Shown here in pieces: positions 5,171 to 15,011 of a stretch of 18,206 nt of DNA (positions are counted from its first letter, which is position 1; the number at the start of each line of letters is the position of its first letter). Under the pieces are notes generated by a model. That model was not told the origin of the DNA. It saw only the letters and a program-made list of their open reading frames with translations, and searched no databases. Source of the stretch: Opitutales bacterium (GTDB lineage Bacteria > Verrucomicrobiota > Verrucomicrobiia > Opitutales > UBA953). The DNA is taken from positions 226,969-245,174 of the forward strand of contig JBBAUX010000001.1 in the NCBI GenBank assembly GCA_040398005.1. The letters run 5' to 3'. The position numbers were made by a program, and so were the translations under genes.

Positions 5171-6838
5171 CTATTTGACCACCTGCTTGGCCCAGGAGTC
5201 TTTCAGGGTCACAGTGCGATTAAAAATCGGCTTCTGCGGCGTAGATTCTTTATCCACGCAGAAGTATCCGGTGCGTTCAAATTGAACGCGACTGCCTTGA
5301 GTTAATTTTAAAAGGGCAGGCTCAACTTTTCCACGGATGACCTGTATGGAATTTGGATTTAAATATTTTCTCCAATCATCGTCCTCCGCTAAATCATTCA
5401 AATTCTCATGCATGAAGAGGCGATCATACAGACGTACTTCCACATCGCCTGCGTGTTCTGCACTCACCCAATGAATGGTGCCTTTGACTTTTCTACCATC
5501 CGCTGAATCGCCACCCTTGGTCGCCGGATCGTATGTGCAGTGAACTTCAGTGACCTTACCGGTCTCATCTTTCACGCAATGCGTGCAGGTTACGTAGTAA
5601 GCCCAGCGAAGGCGAACCTCTTGGCCAGGTGTCAGACGGAAGTATTTCTTCGGTGCTTCCTCAATGAAGTCATCACGCTCGATTAAAAGGGTCTTGGAGA
5701 AGGGCACAACACGTGAACCCGCCGCTGGGTCTTCCGGATTGTTCTGCGCTTCAAGATTCTCGGTCTGACCTTCAGGATAATTGGTAATGATTAACTTAAT
5801 GGGATCGAGCACCGCCATGAACCGGGGCGAGGTCTTATTTAAATCGTCACGCACTGCGTGTTCGAGCAAGGCGACGTCGCTGAGGGAGTTGTGCTTGGTG
5901 ACGCCAATGACTTCACAGAATTTACGAATACTGCAAGAACTGTAGCCGCGACGACGAAGACCCGAGATGGTTGGCATACGTGGATCGTCCCAACCGCCCA
6001 CGTGTTTCTCGTTAACGAGTTCAAGTAACTTACGCTTCGATAAAACGGTGTAGGTGATGTTCAACCGCGCGAACTCAATCTGTTGTGGTTTAGCGGGTGT
6101 ATTAACAGTGTTGATTACCCAATCGTAAAAGGGACGGTGCTTCTCAAATTCAAGAGTGCAGATAGAATGGGTAATGCCTTCGTAAGCGTCTTCAAGAGGG
6201 TGGGCGTAATCGTACATGGGGTACACGCACCACTTATTACCGGTGTTATGGTGTTCGACTTTACGAATACGATAAATGACTGGGTCACGCATGTATTCAT
6301 TGGTCGCAGCCATATCGATTTTCGCCCGTAAAACGGCCTTACCTTCATCGAACTCACCCCGCGTCATTTTATCAAACGCCGCTAAATTTTCTTCAACACT
6401 CGTACCACGGGTTGGACTGTTCTTACCTGGTGTTTTGAAATCGCCTTTTTGCAAACGCATTTCATCGAGCGATAAATAACAGACGAATGCCTTACCTAAT
6501 TTGATGAGCTTGATGGCATCCGCATGCATGCGATCGAAATAGTCAGAAGCTTGATGGTAGTGCTCATTCCATTCAGCACCTAACCAGCGTACGTCCTCTT
6601 TGATGGAGTCCACGTATTCAATTTCTTCTTTAGTCGGATTGGTGTCATCCATCCGTAGGTTAAACTGACCGTTAAACTCGGTCGCTAAGCCAGAATTTAG
6701 GCAGATAGACTTCGCATGACCGATATGCAGGTAGCCATTGGGCTCAGGGGGAAAACGCGTGATAATTTTCTGATGCTTACCCGAGGCGATATCGGCATCG
6801 ATGATCTGCTGGATGAAATGGCGAGGGGTATCGGACAT
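5171..6838 (-). CDS. glnS: Glutamine--tRNA ligase
   Basis: RFPPEPNGYLHIGHAKS, YPMYDYAH, VLSKRKL, GWDDPRMPT, C-terminal QFERTGYF...FNRTVTLKD. Confidence 0.97.
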   Translation of the reverse strand: MSDTPRHFIQQIIDADIASGKHQKIITRFPPEPNGYLHIGHAKSICLNSGLATEFNGQFNLRMDDTNPTKEEIEYVDSIKEDVRWLGAEWNEHYHQASDYFDRMHADAIKLIKLGKAFVCYLSLDEMRLQKGDFKTPGKNSPTRGTSVEENLAAFDKMTRGEFDEGKAVLRAKIDMAATNEYMRDPVIYRIRKVEHHNTGNKWCVYPMYDYAHPLEDAYEGITHSICTLEFEKHRPFYDWVINTVNTPAKPQQIEFARLNITYTVLSKRKLLELVNEKHVGGWDDPRMPTISGLRRRGYSSCSIRKFCEVIGVTKHNSLSDVALLEHAVRDDLNKTSPRFMAVLDPIKLIITNYPEGQTENLEAQNNPEDPAAGSRVVPFSKTLLIERDDFIEEAPKKYFRLTPGQEVRLRWAYYVTCTHCVKDETGKVTEVHCTYDPATKGGDSADGRKVKGTIHWVSAEHAGDVEVRLYDRLFMHENLNDLAEDDDWRKYLNPNSIQVIRGKVEPALLKLTQGSRVQFERTGYFCVDKESTPQKPIFNRTVTLKDSWAKQVVK

Positions 6839-6844
6839 CGTTAA

Positions 6845-8209
6845 TTAAGCGATGAAGGATTGAAGTCGGGCTAAGGTCAAATCGCGACCGAGGGCATGTA
6901 ATACACCGATTAAATGGGCTCCGCCGCCCTGGCCTGACACCGCAAAGCGCACAGGCGCAAAGAAGTCAGTGGGCTTGCGACTATGTTCAGCCCCCGCGGC
7001 ATTAAAGGCGGCTTCAATCGCAGCTACATTCCATTCGATGGACTGAAGGTGAACTAAAATCTCACGCACGCGAGCAGTCGGCTCTCCACCCTTTTTTGTG
7101 AGGTTCGCGAAAGCGGCTTCGTCTTTTTTGAAATCGTTATTGAAGAAGAAACCCACGAACTCAGGAAGGTGCTCCAGCGAATTAACTTTTTCTTGAATAA
7201 TGGAAAGCACTTCAGCGAGTCGGGCATCCGAAACATTATCATTCAGAACTTGAGCATTTTGCAGAATCGGTTTGGCAATCGCCACAAACTCCGAAGAGGG
7301 CAGGGCACGCAGAGTTTGTGCATTGATGTGCGACATTTTCTTTTCATCAAAACGTGCGTTCGATTGGTGAATCGCTTTGAGTTCGAATTGTTTGATGATT
7401 TCGTCAATCGGTAGAATCTCTTTTCCGTCCGCAGGGGTCCAACCGAGTAAGCAGAGATAATTACGCACCGCTGAAGGCAGGTAGTTTTTGTTTTGATACT
7501 CTTCGATGAGAGCACCGCGGTCGCGTTTGGACATTTTACCGGGTCCATCGGTCTTTAAAATGAGAGGAATATGGGCGTATTCAGGAGGTTTTACACCGAA
7601 GGCCTTAAAGATTTCGAGGTGCTTCGAGGTATTGGAAAGGTGGTCTTCACCACGAATCACGTGCGTGATTTTCATTTCAATATCGTCGACCACATTAACG
7701 AAGTGAAAGACGGGTTCGCCGTTAGAGCGGAAGAGAACGAAGTCACGATCTTCGGCTCGTTCGACGCGACCACGGACTAAGTCATCGAGCACCATCGGTG
7801 CGGCGTCTACTTTTTCGATTTCTTTCTTTAAGTGATCATCAAAAACCGTGGAGCGTTTTCCTTCGAGACGTAACCACCAAGCGCCATCTTTCTCGTAGGC
7901 TTTACCGAGTTGAATGAGTTCTTGGAGTTTCGCTTTATAAAGTTCGGTGCGTTGAGACTGAAAGTAGGGACCGTAGTTACCGCCGATATCAGGACCTTCA
8001 TCCCAATCCATGCCCAGCCAGCGAAGAGAATCTAAAATGACTTTAAGGTAAGCTTCGGAGTTACGTTCTTTATCGGTATCTTCGATCCGCAGAATAAATT
8101 TTCCACCCGTGTGACGTGCGTAGAGCCAATTGAATAAAGCCGTACGTGCGCTTCCGATGTGGAAGAAGCCAGTGGGACTGGGAGCAAAGCGTACGCGGAC
8201 AGAGGACAT
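6845..8209 (-). CDS. gltX: Glutamate--tRNA ligase
   Basis: VRVRFAPSPTG-FFHIGSARTALFN, LRIEDTD, THVIRGEDH, KMSKR. Confidence 0.97.
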   Translation of the reverse strand: MSSVRVRFAPSPTGFFHIGSARTALFNWLYARHTGGKFILRIEDTDKERNSEAYLKVILDSLRWLGMDWDEGPDIGGNYGPYFQSQRTELYKAKLQELIQLGKAYEKDGAWWLRLEGKRSTVFDDHLKKEIEKVDAAPMVLDDLVRGRVERAEDRDFVLFRSNGEPVFHFVNVVDDIEMKITHVIRGEDHLSNTSKHLEIFKAFGVKPPEYAHIPLILKTDGPGKMSKRDRGALIEEYQNKNYLPSAVRNYLCLLGWTPADGKEILPIDEIIKQFELKAIHQSNARFDEKKMSHINAQTLRALPSSEFVAIAKPILQNAQVLNDNVSDARLAEVLSIIQEKVNSLEHLPEFVGFFFNNDFKKDEAAFANLTKKGGEPTARVREILVHLQSIEWNVAAIEAAFNAAGAEHSRKPTDFFAPVRFAVSGQGGGAHLIGVLHALGRDLTLARLQSFIA

Positions 8210-8231
8210 GGGTGTAACTCGACTAAAGAAC

Positions 8232-9830
8232 TTATTGAGCTTGAGGCTCAGGCGCTGAGGTGAGGTCTTTCAGCAATCCCATGCCCATAAAATAGGCATT
8301 TCGTGAGGTAAAACGTTCCGCTAACTGCTTCACTTCCTCGGACGATGCATCGATTTGTGGGCGATCTGATTTGATAATGTGGATATAAACCGTGTCACCC
8401 GTGGTCGTTTGAATTCCGGATACGATTTTACCAGCGCCAGCGACTTCGAGTGACTGAGCGGTATTTTCGCTCACGCCCGTAAGGTTTGCTGGTAGATTGG
8501 CGGTGGTGAAGGGGGCAAGCTGACTTACCTTGAGTCCCAAGGATCCAGCACTGTCGGCGAAGTTTTTATTTTCCGCGGCCGAAGCCTTCATCGCTTTACT
8601 GATTTTAAATACTTCATCGCGCATGAGACGCAGACGTTCGTCGCGCTTCCAATTCGCAGTCGCATTATCTTTAACTTCATTGAAGTCAGGAATACGTGAA
8701 TCGATTCGCTTTTTAAGAATCAGGAAAACGGCTGCATCGTCGGAGCGATACATATCGGTGCGCCATTCTTTTTCGGATAGTTCACCCGCGGCCTTGAGGG
8801 CTTCGATCGGAACGCTAGCGAGTTCGGGCGGATTGGTGCTGTCAAAAGCGGCTAGAGTTTCGAGGGTCGCGTTTTGTTTTTTGAGCCAGGCGGTGAAAGC
8901 GGGCTCGTCGGACTTATGAGTGTCGACCGGGAATTGATCAGCGAGTTCTTCGCCTACTATTCCAGCGAGGTTACGGATGGCACGATTGGTGCGAATCATT
9001 TTTTCAATTTCGGAGCGACGGGCCAGAGCTTGTTCACGTATTTTACCTGGCTCAAATTTCAGTTTTTCGGCGACATTAAAGCCTTCCATGACGATATCGT
9101 CCTCACTCACCGGTGAGCTATCAGGCGTGAGATTTTTGAATGAAACGAGGGAGACTTCAACTTTCGCAGGTAAGCGGTAGCTCTCTTTGTTGGTTTCGAA
9201 ACTCGATTTTACTTTGGCTTCGTCGACGGTGACGGCGGGATTGAACTTCGTGTTATCGAAGGTGGCGACTTCAACAGTCCAGATGGTTTTTTCACGCTGG
9301 AGGACGCGTTGTAATTGTGAAGTGGTGACGTGTCCTGGGCCTGAGAGAATTTGAACGGCTTTGTTGACGCGCCAAGCATTGCGAATAAAAGTTTCAAACC
9401 GGGCAAGGGTGTCTACTTCCGAAGCATTGAGTTGTTTCGAAGCGACTTCGACGAATTTAATAAGTCCAGAGGCAGATTCTTTGCCGTCAGTCGGCGTGGT
9501 AATCGCCGTAGCGATTTTACGCACTTCGTTATCGGAGGGTTGCGGAATGCCCAGAGTATCGGCGACGTGGATTTCGGCGACGTATTGGGTGAGGCTTTGA
9601 CCCTCGACGCGTTGTCCGCTGATGGTGGTGAAGACAATCAGGTCGCGATAGCTGTTTTGAACCTTCGGGCTATTGAGGTCGACCCCGAGGTAAATACGGG
9701 CGTTGGCGCCCACTTGACCAATTGAATTGCCCCCTGTCATGAAAACAAGTGAGGCAACGCCACTTAAAATAAGTATAGCTTTAATTAATTTGTGGTGCCT
9801 GTCGGTGATTGGTCGGAGCCAAGAAATCAT
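8232..9830 (-). CDS. SurA/PpiD-like membrane-anchored periplasmic chaperone (divergent)
   Basis: N-terminal MISW...TM anchor, PSDNEV, FETNKESYRLPAKVEVSLVSF and PDFNEVKD segments resemble PpiD-family repeats. Confidence 0.65.
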   Translation of the reverse strand: MISWLRPITDRHHKLIKAILILSGVASLVFMTGGNSIGQVGANARIYLGVDLNSPKVQNSYRDLIVFTTISGQRVEGQSLTQYVAEIHVADTLGIPQPSDNEVRKIATAITTPTDGKESASGLIKFVEVASKQLNASEVDTLARFETFIRNAWRVNKAVQILSGPGHVTTSQLQRVLQREKTIWTVEVATFDNTKFNPAVTVDEAKVKSSFETNKESYRLPAKVEVSLVSFKNLTPDSSPVSEDDIVMEGFNVAEKLKFEPGKIREQALARRSEIEKMIRTNRAIRNLAGIVGEELADQFPVDTHKSDEPAFTAWLKKQNATLETLAAFDSTNPPELASVPIEALKAAGELSEKEWRTDMYRSDDAAVFLILKKRIDSRIPDFNEVKDNATANWKRDERLRLMRDEVFKISKAMKASAAENKNFADSAGSLGLKVSQLAPFTTANLPANLTGVSENTAQSLEVAGAGKIVSGIQTTTGDTVYIHIIKSDRPQIDASSEEVKQLAERFTSRNAYFMGMGLLKDLTSAPEPQAQ

Positions 9831-9925
9831 AGCCTCACCTTGGTTAGCGATTTGGTGCCTGTCAATCAGTCGAGAAGACCTTGGCTTACGCTTGCAGGGA
9901 CTTGGGTTTTCTTTACGGTTTCGGG

Positions 9926-10417
9926 GTGCCTAAGCCCATACATTGCATCGTAGCCGTTGCTCAAAATGGGGTTATTGGGCGCGAGGGGCGTTTGCCTTGG
10001 CATATTCCAGAGGACTTGGAATGGTTCACCGATCAGACGGTCGGTGGGGTGATGATTGAGGGTCCGGCCTGTTATCAAGAACTGGGTAAGGCACTCGGTG
10101 GTCGCGGCACCGTGGTCGTTTCGCGCGATGAGAAAAAAGTTTTCCCCGGTGCAACGCGGGCTAGTAATTTAGTTTCGGCGATTGCGGAAGCCGAAAAATT
10201 ACCGTGGTCGGGCCCCACGTGGATAACGGGAGGGGAAAGAATTTACGCCGAAGGTTTAGCCCATTGTTCCAAACTTTACATTACGCGCATTCATCAAGAT
10301 TTTTCGGGCGACCGAACTTTTCCGAAAGATTGGCCAAAAACTTTTACCCGTTTGGTCTGGTCGAAAGAAAGTCGCCAACCCGATTTAAGTTATACGTTTG
10401 AAATCTGGGAACGCTGA
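9926..10417 (+). CDS. folA: Dihydrofolate reductase
   Basis: IVAVAQNGVIG.EGRLPWHIPEDL.WF, ITGGERIY, LYITRI, GDRTFP; GTG start at 9926 gives a typical 163 aa length. Confidence 0.9.
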   Translation: MPKPIHCIVAVAQNGVIGREGRLPWHIPEDLEWFTDQTVGGVMIEGPACYQELGKALGGRGTVVVSRDEKKVFPGATRASNLVSAIAEAEKLPWSGPTWITGGERIYAEGLAHCSKLYITRIHQDFSGDRTFPKDWPKTFTRLVWSKESRQPDLSYTFEIWER

Positions 10418-10425
10418 ATACGGTC

Positions 10426-10453
10426 AATTAACCTGTGTATTAAGGGTTAATTT
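10426..10453 (+). terminator. Possible weak terminator/hairpin after folA
   Basis: aattaacc...ggttaatt inverted repeat 8 nt after the stop; AT-rich, short T tail. Confidence 0.3.
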
Positions 10454-10461
10454 AGATTAGT

Positions 10462-10490
10462 TTGACTCACCTGAAATCGCTTCATTATCT
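10462..10490 (+). promoter_or_regulatory. Probable promoter of tRNA-Arg
   Basis: TTGACT at 10462-10467, weak -10-like TTATCT 17 nt later, 10 nt before the tRNA. Confidence 0.4.
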
Positions 10491-10500
10491 CTTCCATAAC

Positions 10501-10575
10501 GCTCTCGTATTTCAATGGATAGAATGCTGGCCTCCGAAGCCGGCGATTTGGGTTCGACTCCCAACGGGGGCACCA
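10501..10575 (+). tRNA. tRNA-Arg (anticodon CCG)
   Basis: GCTCTCG/CGGGGGC acceptor, CTGGC CT CCG AA GCCGG anticodon arm, TTGGG TTCGACT CCCAA T-arm, A20 identity base, encoded CCA. Confidence 0.95.
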
Positions 10576-10584
10576 CTTTAAGGT

Positions 10585-11835
10585 TTATTTTTCCAACTCG
10601 TGGCTCGCGGCTTTGCCAATCCAACTGAGCACGCCTATTCCAATTAAAGCATAAGCGCACGCCGAGGTTAAAAGCGTCGGGCGCATGCCCCAGACATCGG
10701 CTAAGACTGAGGTGACCATGCCGGCGAAGGGAAGCAGTCCTAAGAAACTTAAGCTGGCGACCGCGGAAACGCGTCCCCGAATTTCTTCGGGCGCACGTTC
10801 TTGAATGACGATATTGCTAATGCCAATGAGTGTAGAAACGCCCAAGGCTAAGCAGACGAGCGATCCCGCTGCCCAAAGAAAAATATCCGCTTGGCTTAAA
10901 CTAAGGAGCGCTGTGCAAATTAAGGTAACCGCCAAAATAATTAAATTAGGACGCCACTTGTGCTTAACGAACGGCACCGCAATCGAACCGGTGAGTGAGC
11001 CGAGACCTGAACTCAACATCAATAAACCGAGTTGTTGAGGTTCTAGCTGTAAAGTGTACTTGGCGTAAAGGGGGAGCAGAATAATCATCACGGGAAAAAC
11101 AAACACCGTGTTCGTCGCCATCAGTAAAATCATGGCGAAGCTGGGCCGATCATTGAACACGTGACGAAAACCTTCTCCGATTCCGTGTTTACGTTTTTCT
11201 TCCTGAGCTACTGTGCCTTTCGCTCGTTTAGGTAGAGTCAGCAGGGCAATCATCAAGGCCAGAAACGAAAGTGCATTAATATAATAAGCGAAGGAGGCGC
11301 CGTAGTGGCCCACAATAAATCCGGCCAAGGCTGGGCCGATTAAGCGTGTGCCGTGAAAGACCGCCCGATCAAAAGCAACCGCTTTGGCAACGTTGGCTCG
11401 CCCCACTAATTCGGGCACAATGGCCGACGCCGCAGGCATTTCAAAGGCACCCGATATTCCCAATAAAAATGAAGCGAGGATAATATGCCAAATTTGAATA
11501 TCTCCTTGGGCCACTAAATAACCTAAAAGCAGGGAGAAGAAAATTTGAACCACTTGGCAGATTTGAAGTATGTAACGTTTGTCATATTTATCTGCATACA
11601 GTCCGCCAATCATCGAAAGCGCCAGAACGGGAAGACCGCCTGCCAAATTTACCCAGCCGACCATGACCGCGCTCGTCGTAAGACCGACCACAACCCAACT
11701 GTGCGCCATGGCCTGCATCCAGGTGCCGGTCATCGAAATGGCTTCACCTATAATATAGCGCGTGAACGCAGCATTCGGGAACGGGGCAGACTCTTTCGAA
11801 TTCTCCGTTGCGGGTACTGGGTCGGCTTCATGCAT
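10585..11835 (-). CDS. MFS transporter (MFS_3/EntS-like)
   Basis: About 12 hydrophobic helices, SMTGTWMQ, motif A GGLYADKYDKR, LIGPALAG, PEEIRGRV; start ATG 11835 or TTG 11844. Confidence 0.92.
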   Translation of the reverse strand: MHEADPVPATENSKESAPFPNAAFTRYIIGEAISMTGTWMQAMAHSWVVVGLTTSAVMVGWVNLAGGLPVLALSMIGGLYADKYDKRYILQICQVVQIFFSLLLGYLVAQGDIQIWHIILASFLLGISGAFEMPAASAIVPELVGRANVAKAVAFDRAVFHGTRLIGPALAGFIVGHYGASFAYYINALSFLALMIALLTLPKRAKGTVAQEEKRKHGIGEGFRHVFNDRPSFAMILLMATNTVFVFPVMIILLPLYAKYTLQLEPQQLGLLMLSSGLGSLTGSIAVPFVKHKWRPNLIILAVTLICTALLSLSQADIFLWAAGSLVCLALGVSTLIGISNIVIQERAPEEIRGRVSAVASLSFLGLLPFAGMVTSVLADVWGMRPTLLTSACAYALIGIGVLSWIGKAASHELEK

Positions 11836-11882
11836 TTCCTGCAAGTAAGCCGATGTGACTGGGGGGGCAATCTAAACTTCGC

Positions 11883-12590
11883 TTATTTTGCAGCTGGGTC
11901 GCTGGCCTTCCACGCTTTATCGACGACTGGGCGGACTAATTTAACAATTTCAGCATATCCCTTGGGGTTAGCATGCATTGCACTATCACCTTCCTCGCGG
12001 TAAAGAGTGGCGATAGCTTCACCGGTGGCGGTATTCATCACTTTATTGTGATCAACGAAGTAGAGATTTTTTCCAGTCGCACAGTATTTTTCAAGAAGCT
12101 CATTGAATTTATCAAATTCTGCCCAGTGGGGCTTGCGTTTGGGTGATTTAAGTCCGGCCATAATCACAAATCCAGCTTTCGGATTTTCTTTACGTAGTCG
12201 CTCAATGTATTGACGGATATTTTCAATCACATCTTCTGCTTTACTGCCACCAGCGAGATCATTGGTTCCAGCAAAATAAATCACCACACGAGGATGATAG
12301 GGCAAAGCGAGACGATCCATGGTCGAGAGGACTTCAGTGGTTTTGGATCCACCGAATCCACGATTAATCACCGGGTAGGGTTTGAAGTCCTCAGTACCGC
12401 TCACCCAATATCGCGCTGAGCTTGAGCCTGCGATGAGTAGGGCATTCTGGGGAGGAGGAGTCACTTTGTCCTGCTCAACAAATTTTGCGATATCAGCAGC
12501 GTAGCGATCTTTTCCGCTGACCTTGGTAGCTGTTTCTTGCGCACCAAGCCAGGGCGCTATGAAAAGGAGTAAGTAAGTAAATAATTTCAT
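11883..12590 (-). CDS. Exported SGNH/GDSL hydrolase
   Basis: AGSSSARYW, INRGFGGS, FAGTNDL, MHAN.KGY; signal peptide. Confidence 0.88.
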   Translation of the reverse strand: MKLFTYLLLFIAPWLGAQETATKVSGKDRYAADIAKFVEQDKVTPPPQNALLIAGSSSARYWVSGTEDFKPYPVINRGFGGSKTTEVLSTMDRLALPYHPRVVIYFAGTNDLAGGSKAEDVIENIRQYIERLRKENPKAGFVIMAGLKSPKRKPHWAEFDKFNELLEKYCATGKNLYFVDHNKVMNTATGEAIATLYREEGDSAMHANPKGYAEIVKLVRPVVDKAWKASDPAAK

Positions 12591-12648
12591 GGAAAGCGCT
12601 AAGTTGGGGCTGGAATATAAACCTTAAGTTTTTATAAGACAATAACGT

Positions 12649-13095
12649 ATGCCCAATGTTCCTGGATTAAGAAGCCCTTATGAGACAACTCACGGATTCG
12701 TCTACTTTCCGCGGATGCTCGATAAAATAAAACTGCATGCCGAAGGAAAACTCCACCCCGACTTTATCAATAATCTCGGTAAAGCTTTTGATGATCGGTG
12801 CTGTCAGTATTTAGGCGTGCCTTACGAAGAACTTAAAAACTGGGTACTCGCAAATCTACACGCTTCGAATGAGGACGCCTTGACCTGGGCCCAATCGCGT
12901 GGACGAAAACTATCATCCAACGATATCGATATTTGGAATTCTTTTATGACCAAGCGCGGTTGGCGCGATGAGGCGAATGAAACCTTATTACGTCGCCTTA
13001 AGGAAAACGGACTCAGTGCCGACGCCGGAGTCGATACGATGTTTGATTATATCGAAGTCGATGAAGGACGTGCTCCGCGCGGAAAAGCACTCTAA
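12649..13095 (+). CDS. DUF5069-like domain protein
   Basis: LRSPYE...YFPRMLDKIKLHAEGKL...FDDRCC.YLGV, C-terminal FDYIEVDEGR; family recognised from memory. Confidence 0.75.
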   Translation: MPNVPGLRSPYETTHGFVYFPRMLDKIKLHAEGKLHPDFINNLGKAFDDRCCQYLGVPYEELKNWVLANLHASNEDALTWAQSRGRKLSSNDIDIWNSFMTKRGWRDEANETLLRRLKENGLSADAGVDTMFDYIEVDEGRAPRGKAL

Positions 13096-13103
13096 TTTTT
13101 ATC

Positions 13104-14066
13104 TCAGGCGAAGTGTCCGAAGCCCCGACTGGTGATCACCGCACCATCGGTTCGAGATTTAATTATACCAGTTCCTTGGCTGACGACTCCGATATTTTTA
13201 ATTGGGGTCTGAGGAAATTGTTTCTTAAAATTCGCTTCAAGTAAATCGGCCTGTTGGGCTTGGACACTAAATAGTAATTCATAATCTTCGCCGTCTTGTA
13301 AGGCATGTTCGACGGCTGGTTTGCCGTCAGCTTTTGATAGTTGATGAGCCGCATCAGAAATCGGAAGTAACGCTAAGTCGATAACGGCATCCTGAGTGCG
13401 ATTTATAAGCCCATGCAGGTCTTTGGCCATGCCATCCGATAAATCGGTACAGGCGGTTACCATGCTTTGCGCGTTCAGCCATTCACCTTCGGCGAGACGT
13501 GGCTCAAAATTTAAATGATGTCCGGTAATGGATCCACCGAGTTTTCCGGTCACAAAAATAACGTCTCCATTATTCGCTGTCTTTCTCGTTAAAATTCGAT
13601 GCGCAAAACCTTGTACCGCTAACGTTGCTGCAAACGTGCCGGCCTGAACGCGACAAAGATCACCCCCGACACAATGGAGTCCGAATTGATGCGAAGCTTT
13701 GCCGACGCCACGGGCAAAGTCTTCGAGCCACTCGCTGTCCACATCAGGGCCCACTAATAAAGAAAGTAATGCATCGCTCGGAATGGCGCCCGCTGCCGCT
13801 AAATCGCTGAGATTTCTATTCACTAACTTGGCTCCGGCTATTGCTCCGGCGGTAGATGAATCAAAATGTCTACCAAGGATGACGGAGTCGACCGTGCTCA
13901 CCCGAAATTTTCTAGCCACTGTTTCTTCAAAGATCGCGCAGTCTCCGCCGGGTCCAGCCGGGAAGGGTGGACAGGCCTGACCCAGGTTAGCGGTAACCCG
14001 ACGAATAATTTCTTCTTCGGTGAGTTGTCCGATACTCCGGCTTGGCTGACTGGTGATGGCACCCAT
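13104..14066 (-). CDS. thiL: Thiamine-monophosphate kinase
   Basis: NLSDLAAAGA, VGGD, VTGKLG, DLSDG, GEDYELLF, C-terminal GFGHF; ATG at 14066 avoids overlap with the upstream gene. Confidence 0.93.
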   Translation of the reverse strand: MGAITSQPSRSIGQLTEEEIIRRVTANLGQACPPFPAGPGGDCAIFEETVARKFRVSTVDSVILGRHFDSSTAGAIAGAKLVNRNLSDLAAAGAIPSDALLSLLVGPDVDSEWLEDFARGVGKASHQFGLHCVGGDLCRVQAGTFAATLAVQGFAHRILTRKTANNGDVIFVTGKLGGSITGHHLNFEPRLAEGEWLNAQSMVTACTDLSDGMAKDLHGLINRTQDAVIDLALLPISDAAHQLSKADGKPAVEHALQDGEDYELLFSVQAQQADLLEANFKKQFPQTPIKNIGVVSQGTGIIKSRTDGAVITSRGFGHFA

Positions 14067-14073
14067 TCGTAAA

Positions 14074-15009
14074 TTATAACTGGCTAGAGGCATTTGGCGC
14101 TAAATAAAGCCAAATGAAAGTATGCAAATTAAAGAGAGCGTGTAACGCGATGCAGGTGAAGAGACCGAATCGATCACGAATAATACAGAGTACTGAGCCA
14201 AAAGCCATCAGCGGGAAGACGGCGGCGAGATTGCCGTGTACCACGCCGAAAAATACTCCCGTAATGATCATCGCATAACCGCGAGGTAACCATCGTTTTA
14301 GAGAAGGATAAATCATTCCGCGAAACACCAACTCTTCCATAATCGGAGCGCCAATCACGCAGCTAATTCCCAGAAAAACTATCGGACTGATTGGCCCGCT
14401 CCAGTCGTATTTCGCAATAAAATCTACGAGCGGTTGGATATCCTTAGGGAGAGGCTGGCCGGACTGTTCGCTTAAATAGTAAAACAATTTCCAAACTAAG
14501 CCCGCACAGAGGGCGATGGCACAGAGACTGAAAAATTTTTGCCAAAGGCTACGTAAGTCAAAGCTTTGCCAGGCAGACTTGATATCATCGGAAAAGGTTT
14601 GAACGGGAAGTTGAGGTGCTTCGTTTAAGCTGGCTGATGGAGCAAAGCGTAGTGAGCCAGGGCAAAGATACGCGAAGGTAGCTAAAGTAATTGCACCTAA
14701 AATCTGTCCAATAAGTTGCGCAAAATAGATCGCAGTATCGCCTTCGGTGAAAATAATTTTTAAACCAGGAATTAAGCTGCCTGGAATAATTGAAACATAG
14801 ATAAAGAAACTGATTAAACCAAAGAGACCATAGATGGCCTGAGATGAGTTCTGTAGTTCGCTGGGTTGCTCTTCTCCATAGTGGATGGTGCCTTTGCGAA
14901 ACATCGCGAGACCCACGAGGAAAAGGATTCCGATCCAAGCAAAGTAGGCGTAGTCTAAATTACTTAAAACCACTTCCTCGTTCAACTCGGCTGAGGCCAA
15001 AAAAATCAT
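14074..15009 (-). CDS. CPBP family (CAAX/Abi) intramembrane glutamic endopeptidase
   Basis: EELVFRG, FFGVVH, HALFN motifs in a polytopic membrane protein. Confidence 0.9.
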   Translation of the reverse strand: MIFLASAELNEEVVLSNLDYAYFAWIGILFLVGLAMFRKGTIHYGEEQPSELQNSSQAIYGLFGLISFFIYVSIIPGSLIPGLKIIFTEGDTAIYFAQLIGQILGAITLATFAYLCPGSLRFAPSASLNEAPQLPVQTFSDDIKSAWQSFDLRSLWQKFFSLCAIALCAGLVWKLFYYLSEQSGQPLPKDIQPLVDFIAKYDWSGPISPIVFLGISCVIGAPIMEELVFRGMIYPSLKRWLPRGYAMIITGVFFGVVHGNLAAVFPLMAFGSVLCIIRDRFGLFTCIALHALFNLHTFIWLYLAPNASSQL

Positions 15010-15011
15010 AG

